A stretch of DNA of 63,657 bases, filler included, from Basidiobolus ranarum (GCA_040143965.1; 34 parts of 34 records of this genome joined end to end with filler, not necessarily neighbours in it); one strand, 5' to 3'; shown: positions 1-13,171, counted from the whole stretch's first letter. Numbers and translations: made by a program. The notes: generated from the sequence alone by a model not told the origin.

Positions 1-855
1 ATAGGAATGTGATCTCGTGAGTAGCTAGTGTACAGTCAAACCCATGTAGGGGTCCGAATCTAGGAAGAGTGTTGTAACACCCCAGAACATTCCAGTACAT
101 ACGGCATTAGGGAATGCATCATCCAGGGATAGTGGGCCCAAAAAGAAAGGATGATTCACTTTTGCCGAGCCCACAAGCCAATTGAGACTGTGGCCTCTGA
201 TGGAGCATCAACGAAAGCATCCATTCAATCAAACGAATAAGGCGCGGAGGAAACAAGATTACTGAAGATACACTGAGCAAGTCCTGTTGAAACTACATCG
301 TCCTCGATGCTAGAGGTTTATCGGACTGGGTAATATGTCAGAATTTAGAGCATTAGAGGATCTTCATCAAGATGACACACATCATGAAGCGAGAGATTCC
401 TCTGAGCCGCTGGGGTGATCAAGGATCGTCCAAGTGTGGTATATCGTGTAAATTATCCTTGCCAAGTGGCACAGAGTACCGAAACAAAGATAATCAATGG
501 CTGAATAATATAGAATATAGAATGTAGAATGCAGAATCCCGAATAATAGTGATCATCCATTTCATTTGAATCATATTTCATTTTAGCAGAGATGTGGAGA
601 ATAGCTTAGGAGCAAAATGGCCTATCAGCTCTTTCGGTTGGTGATATTAATGATTGTTCCATGCATTCTAGGTAGCTCTGTATATATCAATCAAAGCTTC
701 AATAAATCCGCATCTCGGATAACTGATTCATACATACTTTTCCGGTTTTGACCAACCGTATTACGGACACCTAATTTGGTAATATGCTTGTTACCAATCA
801 TAGTCAGATATAGAATGGAACCAATTATAGACGAGTGGGCATTTCTCGACGTTTG

Positions 856-863
856 TATATAAA
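856..863 (+). promoter_or_regulatory. Putative TATA box of the SFP1-like gene
   Basis: TATATAAA ~100 bp upstream of ATG 962. Confidence 0.45.
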
Positions 864-961
864 GCCAGCTGCCAAGAACCTGATCAAAACATCCTGCGTT
901 GTATTGCAGCTTTACCGGCGTCTCTATTATTTATACACACACTTACTTCACATTATATATC

Positions 962-1783
962 ATGCCTGCTCCTATCGACTACTCCGCTCAATGTACTCCA
1001 ACATTCCAAAAGGTTCAAAAAGCCGAACTTGAGGAAATTGCCAACTTTGAGTAAGCATCCTAATCAGCAATAATGCTTGATTGTTAAATGGTTTCCTAAC
1101 AATTCTGTTTTTTCAGAAGCTTTGACTTTCAATTCCCGAATACTTATGAAACCTCAACCATTGAAGAGGATTTCTTGCAGCCAAGAGACTTAGAGGGTTC
1201 TTTCTGCAGAGACTTCTCCTGCTGTGGTCTAGTTTTAGAAGACCTTCATGATTTACTTCAACATTTTGAAGAATGCCATGTTCGTTTTGAAACTGATGAC
1301 GCCCAGGGTATTTATCAGGAGGATGACTGGTCAAATTCTAGTGACTCTGGTGTCACTACTCCATCATCTCCTATTTCTGACCCTGGTCTTGTAGGAGATT
1401 ACACAAGTGATGTTGTATCTCTGAACGATGTTTACTCCGAAGAGTCTCTTTTGCAAAACGAAGCTTTCGCATCTGCGTTTGATAACTCTGTTTTAAGAGC
1501 TGTTCAGCCTTCTAACAAGCGTATGGCTTCTGAAGCGATGTCAGGCCCTGCCAAGAAAATTGCTCCTTCTTACGTTTTTGATGTCAACAGCCTTTCACAA
1601 ACTTTCACCGAGGAAGAGCTTTTTACCGGAATCCCTTCGATTTATTCACCCGACTTTGTTGCCGGTGTTGATGATCTCCTCCACGCCGCTGCTGGTATTG
1701 CTCCTGTTGATCATGTTGAGATCAAGCCAACACCAGCAGAGAAGCCCTACAAATGCCCAGTTCCTGGATGTGAAAAATCCTAC
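962..1783 (+). CDS. SFP1: Sfp1-like split C2H2 zinc-finger transcription factor, 3' truncated; join(962..1050,1117..>1783)
   Basis: Intron GTAAGC..CCTAAC..TTTCAG (1051-1116) joins MPAPIDY... in frame to FCRDFSCCGLVLEDLHDLLQHFEECH and KPYKCPVPGCEKSY, both typical of fungal Sfp1. Confidence 0.85.
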
Positions 1784-1883
1784 NNNNNNNNNNNNNNNNN
1801 NNNNNNNNNNNNNNNNNNNNNNNNNNNTTAATTAATTAANNNNNNNNNNNNNNNNNNNNNNNNNNNNNNNNNNNNNNNNNNNN

Positions 1884-2977
1884 TTGCATACAGATATTAA
1901 ATTCTTGGCAATATCTGGAAGATCTAGTACATCCTTAAAAGTATATACTTTCTCTTCAGAAGCTCCAGTTAAATTGACTTGAATTGTTCCCATTTCAATA
2001 GCATCCAATGATTGGTCATCTCCCATGAAAACATTTCTAATTGGGAATTTTTTCATATTCCACAAACCAATGTTTTTCATTTGTGAAATGTTGGGAAGCT
2101 CCAGAATCAATATGCCACATCTGAGAATCCTTGTTAGTAGTCATAGATTAAGCAGATATGAACAAATGATCTTCTGTTGTAAACACATTTCCAGATTCAG
2201 TAAGTTTTTCTTCTTTTGCAATCCTTTTAAAGCAATCTTTGCTTAATTGGCCAGTTCTTTTACAGTAATCACAGAATGGATTAGTTTTCTTCTTAAAGTG
2301 CTTTTGACCTTAAAGGAAGGTTTCCCTTAGCCTATTAAAGCATTTTCTTCATTCTTTTGGTTGAGTCCTGATTTGCATAAATCTTCATCCAGAAGTCTGC
2401 CAATTACATAATTTAAGGTGACATTTTCAGTTCTTGATTCTAGAGCCATTACTAGGCTCTGAAACCTGTGTGGCAGGCTATTCAGGTCTGTAATTATGAT
2501 ATCTTGAACAGTGGTAGGTACTCCAATGCATTCCATTTCATTGACTAAGATAATGACTCTATAAATTAGTGATATAATGTCTTCTCATGGCCTCATCTTT
2601 AAGTTAAAGAATTGTCTTCTTAGAAACATCTTGTTGGCAGCAGAACTTGTTTGGTAGATATCTTCCAAGGCTTTCTATACCTTCTTGGCAGTTTTAGCTT
2701 TTGAACATTGAATTAGCCACTTATCTTTAACATTTAGACAATTGTGTTAAAAGCACTTTGTTCTTTTTAACTTGGAGTAAAATTTTGTTTTTCAGTTAGT
2801 TTTGATATTATTTTCTTCTCCTACAAAAGTGTCCCAAAGTCCTTTTTCTTACAGCAGCATTTTCATTTTAATTTCCCATACTTGACAATTGTTCCATCCA
2901 ATTTTGCAGAAGAGGGAAAAGTTCCATAGATTTGAGAAGTAGACATTACAGAGAGTGCAAGCTTGGGGCTCAAAACC
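1884..2977 (-). mobile_element. Decayed Ty1/copia family A, gag-protease region
   Basis: Copia-type gag (LNSLPHRFQSLVMALESR), degenerate zinc knuckle, protease tail (DVLDLPDIAKNLISV); decayed PBS GGTTTTGAGCCCC next to LTR-A. Confidence 0.9.
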
Positions 2978-3325
2978 TGTTAAGATATTTGGGATCCTGT
3001 TGGAAGTGGTTTGGAGAATTAGAGGAATTGGTAGTTTTCACTCATTGATTTATTCAGTAGAAAGTTGACATTGATAGCTTTGTCAAGATATAAACAAACA
3101 AACTTGAAGAATGTGCTAAGGAAGGTTCCAGGAACATGTGTACAAAGTTTGAGGCTTCCAGCACAAGTTTGAAAAATCTATATATCTGAGAACTTCTAAG
3201 TTTGTGTCATTATTCTAAGTGAATTCCAATTGAGAATAATGGCTATTATCTTAATGAATTATAAGATAACTAAGTTCTAAGGTATATATGACTACATAGG
3301 TGTTTAGGAAAAGCTAATTTCAATA
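2978..3325 (-). repeat. LTR-A (~348 bp), 5' LTR of copia family A
   Basis: Matches 15945..16292 and 55390..55736; directly adjacent to PBS and gag. Confidence 0.9.
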
Positions 3326-3665
3326 AATTATCCAAAGGTGGAAGATTCCATTGCCTTAGCAGGGAAGCTTGGGAAAGATGGGCAATAAGAGGGAAGGCAG
3401 CCTTAGGGGGTTTCAAGGTTGGAGAACAGGGATGGAGAGAAGTCTACAGGCAAGTGTAAATAGTCTGATCAAACTGTCATAATAAGGAATTGGACATAGA
3501 CTGGAAATAACAACAAGAGGCTAGAAAGCAGGAGCATACTTAAGTGTAGAACATAAGACAAGACAAGACAAGACTAGACAAGGAAGATACTTTGGCAAGA
3601 ATCTTTATTGATAACTGGTGTTGATCAGACTGAGGTCTGATCAAGGAATACATGGTGCTTATATA
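3326..3665 (-). mobile_element. LTR-F (TATA, R, U5; ends at 3475) plus self-complementary PBS and leader; probable Tf1-type Ty3/gypsy element
   Basis: Minus strand reads TATATAA...AATAAA...TATGACA, then TTGATCAGACT (3472..3462), which is complementary to the LTR sequence at 3631..3621. Related copies at 9411 and 29100. Confidence 0.7.
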
Positions 3666-3765
3666 NNNNNNNNNNNNNNNNNNNNNNNNNNNNNNNNNNN
3701 NNNNNNNNNTTAATTAATTAANNNNNNNNNNNNNNNNNNNNNNNNNNNNNNNNNNNNNNNNNNNN

Positions 3766-5035
3766 CTGAAGGATCAGATTGGCCTACCCTTGTACCACAA
3801 ATTTTGTAGGATCAAACACTCTGAGACCAAATATGTGAGGAAGAGCATTATTGGCCTGTCAAGAGTCAAGGAAATTGGATGTATAAGTAGAAATGTCCAC
3901 ATTATTTTTGAAGACCAACAAATACCATACTGCCCCCACCAATTGGTTTTTAAGCTACACAATATCTATGAGCATCTAGGAGTTGAATGAACATTCAGCC
4001 TATTTAAGACCAAAGCTTGGTGGCCCAAGATGAAAAACCAGCATTGAGAAACTAGTCCACACTTACCCTGGTGGTCAAATTGATCAAAGTCAGACCCACA
4101 GACATGCAGAATTTTGCTTGTTGGAACCAGTATGCCCATTGGAAAGTTGCAGATTTGATTTTATAAGAAGATTATCCACTACCAGAAGAAGCTACCAATG
4201 AATTCTTTTAGCCATTGCCTAGGCAACTAAGTGACTGGTTGCAAAAGCAGTATCAATTGCCCATGATGAATAAGGTTCCAGCTTCATATGCCATGAAATT
4301 TTAATGAAGTCTAGATCCCCTATTAAGACTCTGTCAGACAGCAGAGATAACTCTATGGCAGAGACACTTAGAGCTCATTTGGAACTTCAAAATATCAAGC
4401 ATTTGTAGACCTTGGCTTTGCATCCAAAAACCAATGCAGTTGCCAAGAGATTTAATGGATATTTTGTTATGATGCTATCCAAGTATGCCAATGGAGTAAC
4501 ACATAGGAGGGACAAGTACATTTATCAAGCATTACTTGCCTTCCCTATCAGAGTACCTAGTGCAGCTCAGAATTTCCCTTTTTACTTGATGTATGGATTT
4601 CACCCAAATATTCCAGGAGACACATTGGAACCAAACCTTACCAACCTTGTAGAAAATGAAGTTTGCAAGCCACAGCAAAGGAGATGCGTACCCAGGATAG
4701 AGAAGCAGCAAAAGCACAGTTGAAGCCAGTGTCTCAAAAATGAAGACTTATTTTGACAACACTGTAGACTCACATCCAATTGTTTAAGGAACCTTGGTGC
4801 CATTAGGAAATGAAACCTAAAAGAAGTTTAAACATCTTTGGACAGGACTTTTTGAAGTCATCCAAGAATGTCCTTGTTGGACATATTGATCAGTCAATAA
4901 ACAAGAAGTCACCAAAGAAGACTTAGTTCATCAGGAAAGAAAGTTTCCAGCCTTCTAAAAGATGATCTATTAATGAATTTTAGTATCACTATAAGAATGA
5001 CTCAGGAGAGCCTACTCTTTTTTAGGGAGGGAAAA
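3766..5035 (+). mobile_element. Decayed Ty3/gypsy integrase and polypurine tract
   Basis: HLGVE...WWPKM zinc-binding region, rve core (HPKTNAVAKRFNG; FYLMYG), PPT AGGGAGGGAAAA ending at 5035. Confidence 0.85.
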
Positions 5036-5547
5036 TGTAAGGATATACTAATCAAGGCATCTTGAGTATTAGTTAGGTTGTGCAATATTTGGTAATACTA
5101 GTATATTAGATTATCCCCAGATCAGTATTATCAGTGTCATCAGCTATATAAAAATCAATTAGTAGTAGTCAGCAGTCATATGATGTTCTGATAGCTAGTC
5201 ATACTATGTGACATGATAGTCTGATGAACATATTGGATGGATGGTCACATGAGCACATACCTGCCCTCCTAGTCATTCATATGACCACTATGACTATGTC
5301 ATCCCAAAATGCATCAGCTGTTGCTATGCTGCCCCAGGATGTCTTGGCCAAGTACTATGCCAACCCAATATGATGTAGCTATATCATGATTTGAAGGACT
5401 CTAAAAGTGGTCAGCCTTATTTCTTCTTCTGGAGTAGTTCTGGGTTCTGGATGATCCTCTCAAGCAATTGGGGTCAGGTTTTTGTTAAAATTAGGTTCTA
5501 AAGAGCAGGAATTTTGGCAGCCACTTCCTGAATAGTAATGCTTATGA
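5036..5547 (+). repeat. Gypsy 3' LTR, partial
   Basis: Begins TGTAAGG immediately after the PPT. Confidence 0.65.
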
Positions 5548-5647
5548 NNNNNNNNNNNNNNNNNNNNNNNNNNNNNNNNNNNNNNNNNNNNTTAATTAAT
5601 TAANNNNNNNNNNNNNNNNNNNNNNNNNNNNNNNNNNNNNNNNNNNN

Positions 5648-7429
5648 GATAATGGTGGAGAATATACTTCAACACTATTTAAGCACTTTTGCAAAGTTCA
5701 TGGAATTAAGCAAGAAACTACTGCCCCCTATTCACCTCAACAAAATGGAGTTGCTGAATGAGCTAACAGGACTACAATAGAAATGGCAAGATCTATGATA
5801 AATGCATAAAATTTATCTCATAACTGTTGGGCAGAATCTGTTGCTATAGCTGTATATCTGAAGAATAGGAGTTTTACTAGAATTCTGTCTAACTTGACAC
5901 CATATCAAGCTTGGTTTGGAGTTAAACCTGGTGTAAAACATTTGAGGATCTTTGGATGCATTGCTTGTGTCAAATTTATGACCAAAAATTGGTCCAAATT
6001 TGATCCAAAAAGTACAAAATGCATACTTCTGGGTTATTGTACTGAAACTAAGGCCTACGGATTCTATGATACTAAAATTTTCAAGTTAATCAAGTCCAGG
6101 GATGTTTTGTTGAATGAAAATGAAATATTTTTACCCAAAAAGACCTTGGATGATGACAAAAATCAATGTTCTCCTGATCCAATCAATCAAATTCATTCCA
6201 ACTAAAACATTGAAGAAAATAGCATTCCTGTGGACCCTTCAACCAAAATTTTGCCTACTGAAGTGCCCAATTCTATGCCAGAAGTTCTATTAGCTTTATC
6301 CCGGGAGATCAAATCTGATCAGAAATAGCCTTGATTACTATATCAATGAGACCCAACATTGGGCCGATGCCTGCACAGCTGAAATACATGTATCCCAGAC
6401 TGTAAAAAAGGCCCTCAATGGCTTTCACATGAAACTTTGGAGATCTGCAATGGCTGATGGGGTATCAGCCTTTGATTGATAATTACACTTGGCCTTTAAC
6501 CAACTTACCTGATAGCAGAGATTCAATTGGCTGCCAATGGGTGTTTAAAGTTAAATATAACCCTGATGGCAATATAGAAAGGTACAAGGCTAGACTATAA
6601 GCCAAAGCCTATTACCAAACACTAGGAAGAGATTATACAGAAGCTTTTGCTCCTGTAGCAAAGCGTAATTCAATTAGATTGATTTTAGCAATTTCAGCTA
6701 AATTTCAGTTTAATATACATCAAATGGATGTTAAAACTGTTTTTTTAATAGTGAGCTTGCTCAGGAAATCTACATGGACCCACCAATTACTTTTGTGGAT
6801 CCAGAAAACTTAAAAAAAGTGTAGACTCCAAATGACACTCTATGGCTTAAGACAATCTCCAAGAGCTTTGAATAGCAAGATAGATGCTTTTTTGGAAACA
6901 CTCAAATTCCAAAAGAGTAATGCTGACTATAGTATCTACTTCAGGCCAGATAAGACAAACCCAGTTCTATTAGCCTTATATGTAGATGACCTTATTATAG
7001 CAACCAATGACTTGAAGACTTTGGAGAAAACCAAATCCAGCTTATCTGCCAAATTCAAAATGACTGATCTTGGTGAACTGACGTACTATCTTGGAATCCA
7101 AATTAAGATAGATAGAACTACCAAAACAATAACTTTAAACCAGTCTAAGTATATCCTAGATATACTAAAGAAGTTTAAAATGGAAGAATGTAATCCAGTA
7201 TCTACCCCAATGGAGACAAATCTTAACTTGACCAAAAATGGCTCAAATCAGATGTTCTTGGATTCAAATGAAAGCCAGAAATTTCCTTATCAATCTATGG
7301 TTGGTAGTTTGATGTATATCATGGTTGGAACATGGCCAGATATTGCATATTCTGTGGGAGTTATGTGCCAATATCTTCAAAATTATGGATCTGATCAAAT
7401 CATAGCAGTTAAGCGGATTTTCAGATATT
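5648..7429 (+). mobile_element. Decayed copia family A integrase-RT
   Basis: [52 protein letters not shown]. Confidence 0.95.
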
Positions 7430-7529
7430 NNNNNNNNNNNNNNNNNNNNNNNNNNNNNNNNNNNNNNNNNNNNTTAATTAATTAANNNNNNNNNNNNNNN
7501 NNNNNNNNNNNNNNNNNNNNNNNNNNNNN

Positions 7530-9310
7530 ACCATCAGAGAGCCTTCAAAATATTGGTGGCTTGCATTTTGCCAGGGATTTTGATGGTTTGATGGTGGTTT
7601 CTTGATAGTAATTTGATGGTGTTCACATGTTACAATATTGATCCTCATATTTGGCATGCATTGTTTAATTTTCAGCAATTTTTGCAAAATTCTAACTTTC
7701 AAGTGACAAATTACTAGGTTTACTGCTGTGGGAGTTCAAATTAATCAGCATGCCTTTATTTAGATATTTCAGGCTTTGTATTCCTGCCATAATCAGAATC
7801 AAAAAATACAAGAATCTTGTTGTGTTTAGTCTCTACATATGCATACACTTGACTGATGATATGTAGCTCAACAACATTAATATGCTTCACCAGTAAACTA
7901 ATGATGGAAAAGTTGCTAAACATCTGAAATTTTGAATAGCACTGATGCTGGGCAAATACCTGACTTTTTGTACTGTTTACAATGAGAATAAGCTTTTGGA
8001 TTTTGCCAAATTTCAATAAACAATTGAGCCTAAATATCCCCAACTTGCAGTCAACAAATGTCATGCCACAAGTTGATGTGTCATTGCTTGAATAGATTGC
8101 CCCAAGGCTAAAGCAGTATTACTATATATCTTGATCTATCTCACCAAGAAGTCTGTCTTGTAGCTTTCCTAGAAATACCATCAGATTATCACACACAAAT
8201 TAGTCCAAATTATTGAGGTTTTTACTTTGTATCGATGGATTGAGTTTTATTGCTGTTATTGCGCTCAAACAATGCAAAAACCTGTGAGCACATTGAAAAG
8301 AACCCTTTGTCAAAAGGTTAATATACTCTGGAGTCTCTTTAACCCATTTCCTTATATCCATCACCACTTTTGGTGATACATTGTTAATCAGATTAGCATA
8401 CAGTAATACTGACAACTTCACACAGAGCATCATTTCACCACAGGTGTGCTCCATTAGGAACTCCCAGAATGAATAGCAAGGGTCTATAATATCTAAGCAT
8501 TGTGAAAGATGCAGCAGGGAGTGTATTTAATACAAGGATAGATTCAGTCCATCTTCTTTGAACCAGTAATAAAGTTTTTCATATCCAATTACAAATCTTT
8601 GCACAATTGCAGTATCTGCCTGAGATCTTCCATTGAGAGTTGCTGCTTTAAGAATATATCAACAATATCCACAAACAACTCTCAATGTTGCCAATACTTA
8701 TCAGGCAGAAATTTTTTCAAGATTCCTCTTGAATATATACAAATCCAATACTTCCAGTCTTTGCATTTGAATAAACACCTAGATGTGAGGATATTGATGG
8801 GAGTCCTGGTAAATTATGAGCATATCTCAACATTTTCAAGCATTTCTCCAATCAATTCAAACTTTGATCCTATCTCAAATGGCTCATTCATATTGAACTT
8901 TTCACTATATAAATGAGTAAGTAGTATTGGAATGTTGTTGAATAGTAGGTGCATAGTACCTAATGGGAAGCTCTGGCTCCAACTGATCCCCTTTAACATT
9001 ATAATCTTAGGCTTACAGCTAATACCAAGTTCAATGTTAGGCCAACTATTTGGTGAATTTATATCAGTAATCATGTTGAAGTCTGACTGGGCTCTTGATG
9101 GTAAAATTGTGGAGTTTAGTTTTGTATTTGGATATAAAAAGGTATATGTCTTATAGAGTATATTCCATTGATTTGACAACATCTACAGCAAGATAGTGCA
9201 TTGTGCCCACAAAAACCTCCAGATTTACTGATAGCAGCAGTATCACCAATATATGCAATGTTATTAGCTTTAATAAAATATTCACCAATCTGAACCCCAT
9301 TAGATAACCA
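7530..9310 (-). mobile_element. CACTA/EnSpm-like transposase, 3' half and downstream region (decayed)
   Basis: PLGTMHLLFNNIP, DWKYW, HSLLHL...W(E)FxME motifs; homologous to many other contigs. Confidence 0.85.
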
Positions 9311-9410
9311 NNNNNNNNNNNNNNNNNNNNNNNNNNNNNNNNNNNNNNNNNNNNTTAATTAATTAANNNNNNNNNNNNNNNNNNNNNNNNNNNNNNNNNN
9401 NNNNNNNNNN

Positions 9411-9538
9411 CAAAGATTCTTGCTAAAGTATCTTCCTTGTCCAGTCTTGTCTTGTCTTGTGGTCTACACCCAAGTACTCTCCTGCCTTCTAGCCTCTTGT
9501 TGTTGTTTCCAGTCCTTGTGCAGTTACTTATTGTGACC
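9411..9538 (+). repeat. LTR-F fragment
   Basis: Reverse-complement match to ~3475..3606. Confidence 0.75.
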
Positions 9539-9539
9539 A

Positions 9540-11077
9540 TTACTGAGTTTACTGCTGTAGAAATTTGATATTATATGCATACCTTTATTTAGATATTTTA
9601 GGCTTTGTATTCCAGCCATAATGAAAATTAAAAATTAACAATTAAAAAATACAAGAATCTTGTTATGTTTAGTCTCTACGTACGCATACATTGACAGATC
9701 AGATATAACTGAACAACATCACTATGCTTTACCAGCAAAGTAATGGTGGAAAAATTGCTAAACATCTGAAATTTTGAATAGCACTGACACTTGGCAAATA
9801 CCTGACTCTTGTTACCATTCGCAATGAAAACAAGCTCTTGGATTTTGGCAGGTTTGCATAAAGAATTCAGCCAATATCTCCACAACTTGCAGTCAACAAA
9901 TGTCCAGCCACAAGTAGATGTGCCATTGCTTGAATAGTTTACCATATGGCTAAAACAATAATACTGCATATCTCAATCTATCTCACCAAGAAGTCTGTCT
10001 TGCAGCTTTCCTATAAATACTGTCAGATTATGACACAAACAAGTTAGTCCAAATTACAGAGGTACTTACTCTGTGTCCATGGATTGGGATTTGTTGCTGT
10101 TGTTGTGCTCAAACAATGCAAAAACCTATAAACATCCTGAAAAGAGGCCTTTGTTAGAAGGTTAATATACTCTGGAGTCTCCTTTGCCCATTGCATTACA
10201 TCCTTCACTGATTTTGCTGATACATTGTTAATCAGAGTAGCATACAGTAATACTAACAAATTCACACAGAGCATCATTTCACCATAGGTGTGCTTGATTG
10301 GGAGCTCCCAGAATGTATAGCTAGGGCCTTTAATCTCTCAGCACTGTGAAAGATGCAGCAGGGAAAGTTTTGAATACTGGCATAGATTCAGTCTATGTTC
10401 TCTAAACCTGTAATAGATTTTTTCATCTCCATTACAAAATCTTTGCACAGTTACTGTATCTGCCTGAGATCTGCCAATGTGAGTTAATGCCATAAGAATA
10501 TATTAACAACATCCACAAACAACTCTCATGGTTGCCAATACTTGTCAGGCAGAAATATTTGCAAGATTCTACTTGAATATACACAATTCCAATACTTCCA
10601 GTCTTTGCATTTGAATAAATGCCCAGATGAGTGGATATTGACCAGAGTCCTGGTAAAACATGAGGGTATCTTGACCTTTTCAAGCTTTTTCCCAATTGAA
10701 TCAAACTTTGATCCCATCTCAAGTGGCTCATTTATATTGAATTTTCCACTATATAGCAGAATGAGTAATATTGGAATGTTGTCAAATAGTAAGTGCATAG
10801 TGCCTAATGGTAAGCTCTGGCTCCAGCTGAACTCCTTTAGCAATATAATCTTAGGCTAACAGCTAATACCAAGTTTGGTGATGGACTGACTATTTGGTGA
10901 ATTGATATCAGTAATCATGTTGAAATCTGCCCAGACTCTTGACAATAAAATCATGGAGTTTAGTTTGGTGCTTGAATAGTAGTGATGTGAATGCCGGATA
11001 GAGTAGACTCCATTGATTTGAAAAATCTACCACAAGATAGTGCATTGTGCCACAAAAACCTCCAAGTATACGGATGG
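9540..11077 (-). mobile_element. CACTA-like transposase fragment (decayed)
   Basis: LGGFCG, PLGTMHL, KCKDWKYW; interrupted at 11078 by a gypsy LTR. Confidence 0.85.
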
Positions 11078-11191
11078 TGTTGTGTCCAAGAGAAAAGTGG
11101 ATCAAAAGTCTTGAACTTTACTGAACCAAAGAACCAGCTAAGTGCAGAAACTTAGAACTGTTTATGCAGGATATATAAGCAGAGCACATCA
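11078..11191 (-). repeat. 3' end of chromovirus LTR (LTR-G) inserted in the transposase
   Basis: TGTTGTGTCCAAGAG matches the start of contig 11292; LTR termini are TGTTGTG...CACAACA. Confidence 0.8.
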
Positions 11192-11291
11192 NNNNNNNNN
11201 NNNNNNNNNNNNNNNNNNNNNNNNNNNNNNNNNNNTTAATTAATTAANNNNNNNNNNNNNNNNNNNNNNNNNNNNNNNNNNNNNNNNNNNN

Positions 11292-12476
11292 CAAGAGAAA
11301 AGTGGATAAAAAGTCTTGAACTTTACTGAACCAAAGCAACAGTTAAGTGCAGAATGTTAGAACTGTTAAGCAGGATATATCAGCAGAGCAGATCTAACTA
11401 ATATATGTCTTGGGAATAGCAGTGAGTTGCTATGTTATGGTAGGGAGTAGGTTTTCTAGGCAGCTAAGCTTGGTATTCTGTAGGTGCTAGTGGATACTAG
11501 GCTTGGATAGAAATGAGAGGGGAATATTGAATTTATTGAGGAACACTGAGAAGTGTTGAGATCCTATATTCATTGAGACAAACACTTAACCACAAGGTTC
11601 AGTTAGCTTTATTTATACTTTTTGATAGCAAAGTGAATTAGTTAGTGCCAAGATATTAGATAACTAATTCTGATAAAAGAAAACGTGATTGGAGAGATAG
11701 ATAAGTGAGTCATGCATCAGCTGAAGTCTTGGCAGTGAAAGATCATTGGTTATGAATTATGTGACTCAAATTGACTTGTGTCTAGGCAGATGACACAGAG
11801 GTTAATACTGATTGGATAATGATAATGTGATTGGTCATATGATCTGATAGAAGGGATAAGCAAATAGATAGGTAGCCAGGTGATAGGTCACATGATAAAG
11901 TCACTGGATAAAGTCAGGTGACTAGTTAGCAATAATGATAAACTAAAATGATATTCAAACAAGTTGTATAGATATGGCATAAGTTTAAACATCTTTGTAT
12001 ATTGGTGCACAACAAATCCTTTATTCATTGAGACATACACTAAACCAAAAGGTTCAGTTAGCTTTATTTATAATTTTTGATAGCAAAGTGAATTAGTCAG
12101 CATCAAGATATTAGATGACTAATTCTGATAGAAGAAAATGTGTTTGAATAGATAGATAGATAGATAAGTGAGTCATGCATCAGCTGAAGTCTTGGCAGTG
12201 AAAGATCATTAGTTGTGAATTATGTGACTCAAATTGACTTGTGTCTAGGCAGATGACTCAGAGGTTAATACTGATTGGACGATGATAATGTGATTGGTCA
12301 TATGATCTGATAGAAGGAATAAGAAAATGGATAGGTAGTCAGGTGATAGGTCACATGATAAAGTCACTGGATAAAGTCAGGTAACTAGTTAGCAATAATG
12401 ATGAACTAAACAGATATTCATGCAAGTTGTATAGATATGATGTAAGTTAAACAACTTTATATATTGGTGCACAACA
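11292..12476 (-). repeat. LTR-G (~730 bp) preceded by a second copy of its first ~460 bp
   Basis: ~11560..12014 is repeated at 12015..12476. PPT (plus strand TTCCCTCCCT) at 12480..12489. Confidence 0.85.
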
Positions 12477-12930
12477 TCATTCCCTCCCTAGATGAGGACT
12501 CTTCTTAGTACATGATACTCTATATCTCCAATATTGGTCATTGATAGAGATATCATCAAAGTGGCCATAGGGCTCCCAGGTGTTGTGTTTAGCATTGTAA
12601 CCTTTCCACTTGACCAAGTAAAGGCAGTTGGGTTCTTAACCATCATGATCAACAATGGCTTCTACTTCATATGATTCTGTAGATATTGGTTCTTGTGAAA
12701 TATGTTTAAGGGAAGATGGTGGAAAGTTCCTGGGTAGTAAGGCCCCAGTGTTGTCTTGAAGTATGTAGGCTCCTCCAGTGGTTCTTCTGATAATTTTGAA
12801 GGGACCTTCATACTTGGGATCAAATTTGGATTGGTGGATGGGATCCAAAGTCATGACAAAAGAACCTTCAGGAAAACTAGTGGTCTTGTGCCTAGAAATG
12901 TGCTTGGATATCATCTTCTGTTGCTCCTGC
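12477..12930 (-). mobile_element. Chromoviral gypsy integrase C-terminus with chromodomain
   Basis: KFDPKYEGPFKI (GPY/F module), then YEVEAIVDH...YLVKWKGY...NTWEP. Confidence 0.9.
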
Positions 12931-13071
12931 TTACTCCTAGCCTGAAATTTCAGATTTTTTGCTAATGAAATACAACTTTGATTATCTTTAAAAATTATGG
13001 TGGGTGAACTTTGAGAAATGCCCAAGTCTTTAAAGAGTTTCCTTAGCCACATAGCCTCCTTTGTTGTGTGT
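12931..13071 (-). mobile_element. Copia RNase H fragment (family B-like)
   Basis: KEAMWLRKLFKDLG...DNQSCISLAKN. Confidence 0.9.
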
Positions 13072-13171
13072 NNNNNNNNNNNNNNNNNNNNNNNNNNNNN
13101 NNNNNNNNNNNNNNNTTAATTAATTAANNNNNNNNNNNNNNNNNNNNNNNNNNNNNNNNNNNNNNNNNNNN

